A stretch of 64,000 bases of DNA from Bacillota bacterium. GTDB taxonomy: Bacteria > Bacillota > Ch66 > Ch109. The stretch is taken from positions 960,001-1,024,000 of the forward strand of contig JBMNLH010000001.1 in the NCBI GenBank assembly GCA_050952625.1, in the 5' to 3' direction. How positions within the stretch are numbered: the first letter of the stretch is position 1; each line of letters begins with the position of its first letter. A program made the translations under genes and the position numbers. This document shows positions 1 to 8,693 of the stretch, piece by piece. The notes below the pieces were generated by a model that worked only from the letters and a program-made list of their open reading frames with translations, was not told the origin of the DNA and did not search any database.

Positions 1-2
1 AC

Positions 3-203
3 AGGTTGTGCGTAGTCGATGTTAATCCGAGATTTGCAACTGGCGGACTACCGCTGGCGATTGCGGCCGGTTTTAATATTCCCGACTTACTGATAAAGCT
101 CTTATTAGGTCAACCACTTAAAATAGTTGAGCCAGAGGCAGGCGTAGTTATGATGCGGTATTGGCATTCAGTGTGCGTTAGAAGTGATCAACTCGTTAAC
201 TAA
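3..203 (+). CDS. ATP-grasp domain protein, C-terminal fragment (truncated by window start)
   Basis: VDVNPRFATG resembles the EINPRF motif at the end of ATP-grasp folds; the frame is open to the window edge. Confidence 0.6.
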   Translation, partial: RLCVVDVNPRFATGGLPLAIAAGFNIPDLLIKLLLGQPLKIVEPEAGVVMMRYWHSVCVRSDQLVN

Positions 204-328
204 AAGGAGATTTCAACTGCGGCTGCATTCTGAGCAGGGTGAAGAATCTTAAACTTTATAAGATTTGTTCCGGTTTAGCCTGCTGGCCAGGTTAAAACAT
301 AAGCGTTGTCTATTTTGGCAGGATTAGT

Positions 329-357
329 AAACCCGGGGTTAACACCCGGGTTTTTAT
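329..357 (+). terminator. Rho-independent terminator
   Basis: AAACCCGGG-gttaaca-CCCGGGTTT hairpin followed by a T run. Confidence 0.7.
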
Positions 358-688
358 CAAAATTGCTTAGGATTGTTCAATCATTTTATTTAGTTCATTT
401 ACCAAAACAGTTGGATTGACTTTGTGAGCTAGAGCAGCCTGCTCTAGTGTCTTACGACCATCACCACCTCAACAACCGACAGTGATATGGTATTTTTTAA
501 AAATGTTGTAAGTCCTAGGATATTTTTTTACAACGTCAATTACCCGCCAATCTGTAGTAATCACCAGATAATTTCCCCCTTTCCAAGTAATGCTTAGGCT
601 TCCTATATTTATTAAGATATTATCAACCGGTCAGATATGTTCAGACTTTAGAGTAAAGAATTGATTCGTTATTGTTGCTGTGTCATGT

Positions 689-717
689 AACACTTCCCCT
701 GGCAATCGAATAAATTA
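689..717 (+). promoter_or_regulatory. Putative sigma-K promoter of the Cys-rich gene
   Basis: AACA-N16-AATAAATTA fits the mACm-N16-CATAnnnTA consensus with one mismatch. Confidence 0.45.
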
Positions 718-841
718 TTGTAGAAGTTGGAAGTGCTGTTAAAAAAATAACAATCAAGGCAGATGAAACCAAACAGGTTATATTACTGGCTTGCTTTGGC
801 ACAACCGCTTTGCAGAATTATCAAAAAGGAGGATGCGTTAG

Positions 842-1504
842 ATGGCTATTACTTGTTTCGACCCGACCGGTAATTGTGGAGATTGTTGTACTATATTTAA
901 CAATCCTGAACTTAGAGCAAAGTTTGGAATTCTGAATCAAGAAGCCTTTTGTCACTGCCGGGATATCTGTGCCCATGAAGTCCGTCTCATTTGTGCTAAA
1001 CCGGTTGATTTTAGCATTCCGATTCCAGCCGTAGCGGACGGTTTGGGGCCCGGTTGCCGTGGAGAAAGGATCCCGTTGAATCCGGATGGCGGTTGCAATA
1101 TTGTGGTTACCTGTGCGGATGAGAGACTAGGGGAAAACTGTGACCGGGTATTTATCAATGTCGGGTTCCAGATAATCCTGAGCACAATCACCGGCACCTT
1201 AATGATTCAGCGAAACCTTCCCCTTGAGTGTACAGAGTTTTTTCCTTTCCCGGATGGAGGCGGTCCGATCAGTGGAGCGGCTCTCAGGGAAAGATTAAGA
1301 GAAATTGATGGCTCTTGTATTGTTGTCCAACTCCAGTGTGAAGTTCTAGATTCTGGTAATCCTCGGGTGCGGGTCTTTGGCAATGTGGTCGATAAACTGT
1401 GGAAGGAAGAAAACCTGTGGGTTCAAGCCATACGGCCATATCGTGGAATTACGGTTTCACAGAAATTCCCGGAGCCGCATGAAATCGGCCCCTGTCCGGT
1501 GTAG
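842..1504 (+). CDS. Cysteine-rich protein, probable spore coat/exosporium component
   Basis: 220 aa with many Cys, strong AGGAGG RBS, upstream sigma-K-like promoter, no recognisable enzyme motif. Confidence 0.55.
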   Translation: MAITCFDPTGNCGDCCTIFNNPELRAKFGILNQEAFCHCRDICAHEVRLICAKPVDFSIPIPAVADGLGPGCRGERIPLNPDGGCNIVVTCADERLGENCDRVFINVGFQIILSTITGTLMIQRNLPLECTEFFPFPDGGGPISGAALRERLREIDGSCIVVQLQCEVLDSGNPRVRVFGNVVDKLWKEENLWVQAIRPYRGITVSQKFPEPHEIGPCPV

Positions 1505-1618
1505 AAGGTTAATTAAATCGACATTAGCCGGGAATCTGAATCTGGATCAGAATTGACAGATATTTACCGGTTCATCTAGCATTTTTTAAAATAAACAGTA
1601 ATAATTGAGAATAAGAGC

Positions 1619-1646
1619 GAGCGGGCCTTTAATGACCCGCTCTTTT
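1619..1646. terminator. Terminator hairpin between convergent genes
   Basis: GAGCGGG...CCCGCTC followed by TTTT. Confidence 0.6.
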
Positions 1647-1739
1647 GTACTAAACTAGATAATTACGGTCGTTTTTTACTCTGAGTCATTAGGCTTTTTC
1701 ATTTTCTAACGTGTATCTATCTACATGGGATTCAGTAAC

Positions 1740-1845
1740 TAACCACCCATGCCCGTTAGGCACACCACGGATGAAAATAGCGGACATTTGTCATCCTGAG
1801 TGCTAGCGAATGATCTTGCTTCTTAGGGTGGAGGATCTCAGATAA
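1740..1845 (+). repeat. Dispersed repeat family A, copy with GTCATCCTGAG palindromic module
   Basis: TAACCACCCATGCCCGTTAGGCACACCACGGATGAAAATAGCGGACA closely matches the copy at 42617. Confidence 0.75.
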
Positions 1846-1874
1846 AGATATCTGTGTGGTTTTGCCTATGCCGG

Positions 1875-3245
1875 TTAACTGTTGTCAGTCTCAGGATTAT
1901 AGGGTTTAGTGCCGGTGTCACCGTTTTCGATAATTTTTGTACTTTGTGGTCTCTCGTCTTGTTGAACAAAATAATAAGCAGCAGCATTATTTGGTATAGA
2001 ATCAGTTTGGTTATCAGTTATAATCGTGGGTCTGTGCTTCCAAAGAGCAACTGGCGACCTAGAAGTAATAATAGGAGTATCCGAAGGTATAGTCTGGTCT
2101 TCCTCTTCTTGTTTAACGAGATCAGCTATACTATTTTCTATAATTTGGAGACGGGAGACTAGGTTAGCTAGCAAGTCATCGTATTTAGTTTGTATGTTCA
2201 GATCAGCCAAGTCGTTTTCAATTACCTGGAGACGGGAGACTAGGTTAGCTAGCAAGTCATCGTATTTAGTTTGTATATTCAGATCAGTCAAGTCGTTTTC
2301 AATAACCTGGAGGCGAGAGGTTAGGCTAACTAAGTCTTCGGCTTTAGCTCTTTTATCAAGCTCGCTAAATACTAATTCAATAGATTGAAAGTGGTAAATC
2401 ATTTCTTCTAACGGTTTAATAAGGCTGGCTTTAATTTCCAGGGTTTGAAGGCGAGAGATTATATCATCAAGAAGACCTTCATCGTTTTTTCTGTTCATTT
2501 CCGTTAGTTCTTGTTCTAAAGCTTGGAGACGAGATGTCAAATTTTTTAGTAATTCGTTTATTTTCCTGTTTTCTAATTCCTGCTCTATGTTCCAGCTTCG
2601 ATTTTTAACATATTCGGCTTGTTCGCCAGTTAATACGCCTTGTATTTGATCTAGATTAATTGTATCGGGTAGTAAGTAAATTTTAGTATCTTCTGTTTGG
2701 TAAACTAGGTTTTCATTATTTAAAAATTGTTCAAGTTCGGGAATGTCTAGAGGTGGATCACTTGTATCAGGGATTTGATTTGTAATCTCTTCTTGGTCTG
2801 ATTTCGATTTTTTCATATGTTTTTTGCCTCCGTGTTGATTTTTCTTGTTATTATGAAGCTTAGGATTTATCGGTTTTAAACGGTTAGCTTTTGCCTGGGA
2901 GGAGATTTTCCGGTTTTTTACCTTAGACGAGTTTGCAATCCGGGTATCAATTACTTTTGCTTTCGATTCAAGTTCTATCTCGTTAAGCGGTTTAAAAACA
3001 ATAGGTTCAAATTCTACATTTAGAAGTGGTTGATTTTCGATATTTTGGTCAATTAAAGATGAGGGTTTTTCGATAGCAATTATTTGAGGAAGTGCCAAAT
3101 TCCCTACAGCCTTGAACTCTTTAATTATTGATTTATGGACCTTCTCCTCAGTTGGTTTTGATCCAGGTTTTGAGCTTTTAGATTTTTTTTTCCCAATGGG
3201 AAGTCGATGCTGGGCAGATAGTAACGGTTTAACGTTAGGGTCCAT
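1875..3245 (-). CDS. Hypothetical coiled-coil protein with internal 27-aa repeats, possibly spore-associated
   Basis: 456-aa ORF with a basic low-complexity N-terminus and repeated SRLQVIENDL.DLNIQTKYDDLLANLV; AAGGAG RBS; sigma-K-like promoter upstream. Confidence 0.65.
   Translation of the reverse strand: MDPNVKPLLSAQHRLPIGKKKSKSSKPGSKPTEEKVHKSIIKEFKAVGNLALPQIIAIEKPSSLIDQNIENQPLLNVEFEPIVFKPLNEIELESKAKVIDTRIANSSKVKNRKISSQAKANRLKPINPKLHNNKKNQHGGKKHMKKSKSDQEEITNQIPDTSDPPLDIPELEQFLNNENLVYQTEDTKIYLLPDTINLDQIQGVLTGEQAEYVKNRSWNIEQELENRKINELLKNLTSRLQALEQELTEMNRKNDEGLLDDIISRLQTLEIKASLIKPLEEMIYHFQSIELVFSELDKRAKAEDLVSLTSRLQVIENDLTDLNIQTKYDDLLANLVSRLQVIENDLADLNIQTKYDDLLANLVSRLQIIENSIADLVKQEEEDQTIPSDTPIITSRSPVALWKHRPTIITDNQTDSIPNNAAAYYFVQQDERPQSTKIIENGDTGTKPYNPETDNS
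2132..2330 (-). repeat. 81-bp intragenic tandem repeat (about 2.4 copies)
   Basis: GGAGACGGGAGACTAGGTTAGCTAGCAAGTCATCGTATTTAGTTTGTAT occurs at 2147 and 2228, 81 bp apart. Confidence 0.9.
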
Positions 3246-3326
3246 AGTATTAACTCCTTTCTGGGCAAAGGTCTCTATTGAATGAATAAAACAAATCCGT
3301 TGTAAATTACGTAAACTAGCTATTGT

Positions 3327-3355
3327 TAATATATGCCTTGAAAGTAAATTTGGTG
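3327..3355 (-). promoter_or_regulatory. Putative sigma-K promoter
   Basis: Minus strand reads CACC-N16-CATATATTA, a full match to mACm-N16-CATAnnnTA. Confidence 0.6.
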
Positions 3356-3377
3356 AGCTAGTAGGTACATGATTTCG

Positions 3378-3446
3378 TTAACCACCCATGCTCGCTAGGC
3401 ACAACCACGGATGAAAATAACACAAACTATAAGGAAAGTATTATTT
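3378..3446 (+). repeat. Dispersed repeat family A
   Basis: TTAACCACCCATGCTCGCTAGGCACAACCACGGATGAAAATAACACAAAC matches copies at 42543, 58991 and 11668. Confidence 0.8.
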
Positions 3447-3475
3447 ACTTATAGGCATAAAAAGAGGCCCTGTCG

Positions 3476-3580
3476 AGTGAACTCGTTCAGCTTCGCTGAA
3501 CATCGAGGCGTCAGGTGGAGACTCTACTCCACCTGACGTTTGAACAAGAAAACCCCCACTTATAGAAGTAGGGGTCTTTT
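3476..3580 (+). repeat. Dispersed repeat family B (multi-hairpin, MITE-like)
   Basis: AGTGAACTCGTTCAGCTTCGCTGAAC...CGTCAGGTGGAG/CTCCACCTGACG...ACCCCCACTTATAGAAGTAGGGGT; related copies at 20146 and 25755. Confidence 0.75.
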
Positions 3581-3632
3581 AAACTCAGATAAATTCTCGA
3601 GGACCTGCTTCATCGCAAAGCAAACTCTTTAA

Positions 3633-4631
3633 TTATTCTCGACCATAAGCTTTAGGCAGCCGGCCACTGGTCACTGATTCGGCCCGTAATTGACGACCAA
3701 CGATCCGTTCGACCATTGCTCCCAGATCAAGGAGTTTATCAACGTCTATTCCGGTTTCGATGCCCATTCCATCCAGCATTACCACCAGGTCTTCGGTGCA
3801 GACGAGGCCGGTTCGGCTAGGATCGGAGTAATAGTACTTACCGGTTCCAGATACCGGAACTCCATCGATAAAGTTAGCCGGTTGGCCACCAATACCACCC
3901 AAAGTAGCGTCGAAACAGGCAATCCCTGCCTGCATTGCGGCTAAGACATTAGCCAAGCCCCAGCCTCGGGTAACGTGAAAGTGGGCAACGTGCCTTTCCG
4001 GATGCGGGTCACGGTCCAGGACCTTGGCGAAGTATTCATAAATCTTATCAGGACTGGCCTGACCATCATGGTCAGCGTGGCAGACATCGTCAACTCCCAT
4101 CTTTAACAGCCGGTCGGTAAAGTCTACTGCCCAGTCCATCGGGACCGGACCAGCAATTGGGCAGCCCCAGATGGTACTAACTGTAACTGAGAATTTAATC
4201 CCGGCATCGCGCGAAAGTTGCAACCACTTTTCGATATTGGCCCAGTGTTCGGTAATCGGCCTTCCCGCATTAACCAGGTTGTGAGCCTCACTCGTCGAGA
4301 TAGTCACTGAAATCCGGTCCGGGCCATATCCGGCTTCCTTATCTTTAATTGCGTCCATTACTGCTCGTTCAGTCATGGTTACGACGGTGTATTCCATTCC
4401 GGGAACCCGTTTGATTCGCTTCATCAGTTCATGGGCATCCTTGAATTGAGGCATCCGTTTGGGATTGCCAAAGTTTGATACCTCAATTTTTTTAAAACCG
4501 GCATCAACCAAGGCATCCAGAACATACATCTTGGCATCAGTGGGAATAAACTTCTCTTCGTGTTGGAAACCATCGCGGGCGGTGATGTCACAAACATGGA
4601 CAAACTTGGGCAGATTGGCAAATGGGTTCAT
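3633..4631 (-). CDS. Hydroxymethylglutaryl-CoA lyase-like protein (HMGL-like, DRE-TIM family)
   Basis: DITARDGFQHE active-site helix, HFH metal motif and DATLGGIGG. Confidence 0.85.
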   Translation of the reverse strand: MNPFANLPKFVHVCDITARDGFQHEEKFIPTDAKMYVLDALVDAGFKKIEVSNFGNPKRMPQFKDAHELMKRIKRVPGMEYTVVTMTERAVMDAIKDKEAGYGPDRISVTISTSEAHNLVNAGRPITEHWANIEKWLQLSRDAGIKFSVTVSTIWGCPIAGPVPMDWAVDFTDRLLKMGVDDVCHADHDGQASPDKIYEYFAKVLDRDPHPERHVAHFHVTRGWGLANVLAAMQAGIACFDATLGGIGGQPANFIDGVPVSGTGKYYYSDPSRTGLVCTEDLVVMLDGMGIETGIDVDKLLDLGAMVERIVGRQLRAESVTSGRLPKAYGRE

Positions 4632-4815
4632 GTAATTAAACTCGCTCCTTTCAAGCCTCTCGTGTAAAACTGATTAGGTTTGCGTTTTCCGGCTTATTGC
4701 TTACTGATTCTACAAATAAAGCACTTTTTCCTGCTAGCGGATAGGAAGAGTTGTCAAAGAAGATTGAAAAATCAAGCGGGTAAAACACAGGTATCAATTA
4801 GTTGTTAATTGCAAA

Positions 4816-4839
4816 TAACCCGCCTATACCGGCGGGTTA
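4816..4839 (-). terminator. Hairpin downstream of the sigK 3' half, probable sigK terminator
   Basis: TAACCCGCC-tatacc-GGCGGGTTA perfect 9-bp stem about 70 nt past the sigK stop. Confidence 0.6.
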
Positions 4840-4908
4840 AATTATGATTTAGCAGTAAGGGCAATTCAGTTTTATAATATAATGGACCGAATATTATCAA
4901 ACGAATAA

Positions 4909-5202
4909 TTATGGTTTGTATTTATTGGATGGGGAATCCATTGACAGTTCGCGCATCAGTTTTTGAATGGCTCGCTTCTCAATCCGACTAACATAACTCC
5001 TGGAGATTCCTAACATCCTAGCTATTTCTCGCTGGGTTTTTCGAAAACTGTTAAACAATCCAAAACGTAAGACTAGGACGTTTCTTTCGCGTGGGGATAG
5101 TCGTTTGACTCTTTCACGTAATCGGTCTTCCTCAAAACGTCCCTCTACTGTCTCTTGAACTATCTCCGGTTCAGTGCCTAGAACATCTAGCAGGGTGATT
5201 TC
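4909..5202 (-). CDS. sigK: sigK 3' half (spoIIIC-like; sigma regions 3-4), no start codon of its own
   Basis: Manual minus-strand translation: EITLLDVLGTEPEIVQETVEGRFEEDRLRERVKRLSPRERNVLVLRFGLFNSFRKTQREIARMLGISRSYVSRIEKRAIQKLMRELSMDSPSNKYKP*. It contains the sigma-K region 4 HTH TQREIA..LGISRSYVSRIEK. Not in the ORF track. Confidence 0.95.
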   Translation of the reverse strand, partial: EITLLDVLGTEPEIVQETVEGRFEEDRLRERVKRLSPRERNVLVLRFGLFNSFRKTQREIARMLGISRSYVSRIEKRAIQKLMRELSMDSPSNKYKP

Positions 5203-5226
5203 GTTAACCTCTCCATGTTATCTATT
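5178..5226 (-). other. Left recombination site (attR-like hybrid: P arm plus sigK B' arm); core GA at 5202-5201
   Basis: Minus strand reads ATAGATAAC-ATGGAGAGG-TTAAC-[GA]-AATCACCCTGCTAGAT; its P arm is the inverted mirror of the P' arm at 9648-9670. Confidence 0.85.
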
Positions 5227-5247
5227 GTATTAACCCGAGACAAAAGA

Positions 5248-5510
5248 CTACTTTTTATAAATGTCTCCGCGTGGCCCGATGACCTCAATAATTATTAATT
5301 GATCTTCAATTATAAGGTCATAAATAATCCGTATGTCGCCAATGCGACCCCTGTACTTCTGATTAAAGCCCCGTAACTGCTTAATATTTGTCCGCTGAGG
5401 GGATCAACGGAAATGGCTTCAATTGCAGCCGCAATACGTTTTTGGGTAGCCCTATCAACACGTTTAAGATAGTTGCGAGGCTGAGCTAACAGCTTGACCT
5501 CATAGGTCAA
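5248..5510 (-). pseudogene. RelE/ParE-family toxin, frameshifted near 5390
   Basis: A TTG start overlaps the antitoxin stop. MTYEVKLLAQPRNYLKRVDRATQKRIAAAIEAISVDPLSG continues in another frame as NIKQLRGFNQKYRGRIGDIRIIYDLIIEDQLIIIEVIGPRGDIYKK*, a typical RelE C-terminus. Confidence 0.8.
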
Positions 5511-5877
5511 GTTCTCGTTTGAGCTCATCCCAGCTAACGCCACCTTTCCGACGTTGTTCCTTACTCAAGGCTGCTATTTCATTTTCTGGCCAATCTAAGT
5601 AAATAGTATCTTGGCAGGAAGGGCAGATGAATTCATCATGCCAGGTTTTAGTTTCATCCGTGTTTGGATTATCCAGTAGATCAGCTAACACTAGGGGTGT
5701 GCTGCATGTGGTACAAAACGGGTCAATGTAGAAGGGGCTGCTCCCAGGCCGTGGTATGACCGCACTTTCTGGTTGTACCCTTTCTACTAGTTTTTCAAGA
5801 TACTTTTTGGCTCTCTCTATGTTTTGCTCCGGAAGCCTAGCAACTAGGCGGTAAAGCTCTTCCTTGGGTAAGCTCAT
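5500..5877 (-). CDS. Putative antitoxin with inserted CxxC...CxxC zinc ribbon
   Basis: Upstream of and overlapping relE; N-terminal KEELYRLVARLPE and C-terminal SWDELKRELDL are typical of small RelE partners; central CTTC and CPSC motifs. Confidence 0.65.
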   Translation of the reverse strand: MSLPKEELYRLVARLPEQNIERAKKYLEKLVERVQPESAVIPRPGSSPFYIDPFCTTCSTPLVLADLLDNPNTDETKTWHDEFICPSCQDTIYLDWPENEIAALSKEQRRKGGVSWDELKRELDL

Positions 5878-6026
5878 TAAAAATCATCCCTTCTGCTTTT
5901 CCCATTTTTTCTACCTTTCCCACAGTACTTTAGGTAGTTTTACCCCCTTCAACAATTAATCCAGTCTCTGGAGAGTAGCGTACATAATTATATTACCAAT
6001 TAGTTACTATAACTGTAAATTATAAT

Positions 6027-7598
6027 TCATATTAATAGATAAACATTAAGCGTAAAGTTATCAAGCCTTGCGCTTTTTTCTTTATAATACACGGCTTTAT
6101 CTACGATAGTTTTAAGTAGTGTATTTTTCTTTACTACATCGTCGGTGGCTTGGTAAGCGTCCAGGACATGCCGAATGGTCGGGATGATCTGCTGGTGGGT
6201 GCGCTCCCGTTCCTCAATTTCATTTATTTCATCCTGAACCTGTTGCAGAGACTTGCTCGCGGCCTCGATCCTCTCAGTAACAATCTTATTGCGTTCAAGG
6301 TAGGTGGGTATATCATAGACACCCTGTTCCAGAAGGTCCTGGAGGCGTGACTTTTGCTTTTGCAGTTCCTCTAGCTGCCTGGTCAAGTTCTCGATAACCG
6401 AATTAGGTATAAGCGGTTCAGCCGTGGCCGCTATCTCCCGGGCCAGTTGCTCCTGGTTCAGTTCTAAGTTTGCTAACTCTTCCTCCAAGGTTTGCAACAA
6501 CCTTTTTTCAACAAAACTGAAAAGGGACGATTTGTTGTCACATCCTGCATGGATGCATTTACACATATTAGATTTGTGTCCGGACTTTTGTTTATTGGAT
6601 TGTAAAACCATTCGGCGTCCGCATTTGCCACAAACGATCAGACCGGCTAAAGGATTTTTAGGTTTCGTCTTTGTGCGCACAACAGTATTTTTTTTAAGGT
6701 TGTTTTGTGCAGCATAAAAAATATCCTTCTCGATTAAAGGTTCATGCTTCCCTTCTACATCAATCCACTGCTCCCTGGGACGAGCATAACCTATTTTACG
6801 GGATCGATCCCGATATTTCTTTTTCCACTGAATTCGTCCGATATAAACCTCATTGCTAAGTATAAAACGAACAACAGAAGGTTCCCAAACACCTCCTCTA
6901 ACCGGGCTTTTAACCTTCATTTCATTTAATCGATTAGCAATTCTAGTACTGCCAATAGGGTTGCCATCGTTACCATTAACGTACCAGTTATAAATTAGAC
7001 GAACAATTTCAGCATCTTTATTGGGGATCAGGACCTTATCAGGCCCTCGATCGTAGCCAAAAGGGGGACGGGTCCCGATATACTTCCCGTCCTTAACCGC
7101 CATTACCCGACCCCGTTGAAGACGCTTGTTGATAATCTTCAGTTCCCGTCTAGCCATGAAAGCCTCGAATTCGCTCCATTCTTCATCGAGCTCATCATCC
7201 AAGTCATACACCTTCCGAGGGGTAATGATGAGGGTAGAGGAGGCTTTAAACGCCGCCAGAATGGTCCCCTGATCAATCATGTCGCCCCGTCCAAGCCGGT
7301 CCAGATCCATGCATAGGACCGCATCATATTCACCCGCTTCAACTTCATGGAGGAGGCGTTGCATTTCTGGACGGTCTGATATATGTTCGCCACTAACAAT
7401 TTCTTCGAAAATGGATACTACGTTAAGACGGTTGCGCTGGGCCAGTTCGGTAAGAGCTTTGCGATGCTTAGATAAAGTATCACCTTCACCCCGAGATTCA
7501 GCTTCAAAATCTGCCCGGGATTTACGAAGATACATGGCTACTTTATTAAGATCACGAGGAAAATCGGCTGGCAAGATAAACACCCCTGACGATAACAT
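6027..7598 (-). CDS. Large serine recombinase (SpoIVCA-like role predicted)
   Basis: YLRKS catalytic motif, RPEMQRLL, DLDRLGR, recombinase domain (PFGY, YIGRIQW), zinc ribbon LAGLIVCGKCG...CKC...C, then a coiled coil; 523 aa. Confidence 0.95.
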   Translation of the reverse strand: MLSSGVFILPADFPRDLNKVAMYLRKSRADFEAESRGEGDTLSKHRKALTELAQRNRLNVVSIFEEIVSGEHISDRPEMQRLLHEVEAGEYDAVLCMDLDRLGRGDMIDQGTILAAFKASSTLIITPRKVYDLDDELDEEWSEFEAFMARRELKIINKRLQRGRVMAVKDGKYIGTRPPFGYDRGPDKVLIPNKDAEIVRLIYNWYVNGNDGNPIGSTRIANRLNEMKVKSPVRGGVWEPSVVRFILSNEVYIGRIQWKKKYRDRSRKIGYARPREQWIDVEGKHEPLIEKDIFYAAQNNLKKNTVVRTKTKPKNPLAGLIVCGKCGRRMVLQSNKQKSGHKSNMCKCIHAGCDNKSSLFSFVEKRLLQTLEEELANLELNQEQLAREIAATAEPLIPNSVIENLTRQLEELQKQKSRLQDLLEQGVYDIPTYLERNKIVTERIEAASKSLQQVQDEINEIEERERTHQQIIPTIRHVLDAYQATDDVVKKNTLLKTIVDKAVYYKEKSARLDNFTLNVYLLI

Positions 7599-7641
7599 CT
7601 TTATCTATTGTTATTCGTCGAGGAGAGGGGAATTCCTGCAG

Positions 7642-7836
7642 TTACTTCCTTAACTCCAAGCGTAGCTGAATCAGTACCAACCGCAATTTCCCCATAAGTC
7701 TAATCAATTCCTCCCATAAGCGAAACTGGGTCAACGGGGAGCCAGTAAATGTTTGCTCGTTTGATAACCACCTGGCCAGCCCGAGTGTTCTTTCGACACG
7801 TGGATCGCTAGGTAAAACATCAGTCCTTTTCATCAT
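7642..7836 (-). CDS. Small hypothetical ORF immediately upstream of the recombinase
   Basis: 64-aa ORF with an AAGGA RBS, co-oriented with the recombinase; no recognisable motif. Confidence 0.35.
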   Translation of the reverse strand: MMKRTDVLPSDPRVERTLGLARWLSNEQTFTGSPLTQFRLWEELIRLMGKLRLVLIQLRLELRK

Positions 7837-8027
7837 AAATTCCTTGAATCCCTAGTAAATAGATTGGAAGTAGAATGTTAGGTTAATTACTAAACTTTAA
7901 TCGATCTCAAATTAGAAGTGCCTATATAAATATAAAAACCTGTCTTTTTATTATCCACAGGTTTTCAGTCGTATATCTATTTAATTTATCTAATCCTGTT
8001 AATTTCTGAATGTTTAATGACATTTTC

Positions 8028-8160
8028 TCACGCTGCCTTATTCACAAGAGCTAGGGCCTTTATCAACTTTTTTCGGTCCCATAATTCAATGTTAGAGTTT
8101 TTGGCTTCTTTCTGAGCCTGTTCAGATAAGCGAGTCTTAATGTTTTTTTCGTTTTCTTGT
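8028..8160 (-). pseudogene. Possible remnant of an Mrr-like endonuclease C-terminus
   Basis: Startless frame TRLSEQAQKEAKNSNIELWDRKKLIKAL resembles the A...A....VELWDR..L end of Mrr_cat domains. Confidence 0.35.
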
Positions 8161-8180
8161 CAGTCAAGAGAAATCGTGTA

Positions 8181-8372
8181 TTACTTTAACCGCTTAAGAA
8201 TAACGACTTCCTCTTCCTGGGTGGATAAGCGTTTGTCAATTCTTTTGATATCTTCCCAAACGTAACGGAGTTCATTTTTTATTGACGTTACATCTGCTTG
8301 GAGTAACTTTTGGCCTTCGGCCAATGTCTGGAGTTGTTGTAGTACAAGCTCCTGGAATTTCCCGTTATCCAT
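8181..8372 (-). CDS. Small coiled-coil hypothetical protein (true start probably MDNGKFQELVLQQL)
   Basis: AAGGAG RBS before the ATG at 8372; heptad pattern. Confidence 0.6.
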   Translation of the reverse strand: MDNGKFQELVLQQLQTLAEGQKLLQADVTSIKNELRYVWEDIKRIDKRLSTQEEEVVILKRLK

Positions 8373-8411
8373 AGCAATCTCCTTTCTGGTGCCCGATACG
8401 GATCTCAATTT

Positions 8412-8470
8412 AACGCGGCCAAGGAGATAATCGGGCGATACATTAAAAAAGTCAGCAATAACTAAACATA
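8412..8470 (-). pseudogene. Relic of an XRE-family HTH repressor (last two helices)
   Basis: LVIADFFNVSPDYLLGR matches the characteristic IADFFNVSLDYLLGR end of HTH_3 domains; the N-terminal helices are absent. Confidence 0.65.
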
Positions 8471-8644
8471 GCATCACCTTCCAGTTTATTATACTCACAT
8501 AATGTAAGTAAAACAACGCTCCTCACGTAAGTGAAAATAATTTGAATATGGGGCCCGACTGCTTTCGATCTGTGAGTATAATAACAAATAAAGTTGCTTA
8601 CTAAAAATATCCATGATTGGAGGTAATCACTTACAAAACACACG

Positions 8645-8674
8645 GTTTGTCCTTGACCGACAACTGCATAGATC
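8645..8674 (+). promoter_or_regulatory. SpoIIID-like box plus mother-cell (sigma-E-type) -10 upstream of a small ORF
   Basis: 8645-8654 reads AAGGACAAAC on the minus strand (WWRRACARNY consensus); CATAGAT at 8667. Confidence 0.5.
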
Positions 8675-8693
8675 AGTAGTGGGTGATGCCTTC

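Noticed and set aside
8181-8516. 111-aa ORF as a single protein
   Set aside because: It appears to be a chance in-frame join of an XRE relic and a 63-aa gene that has its own RBS at 8372.
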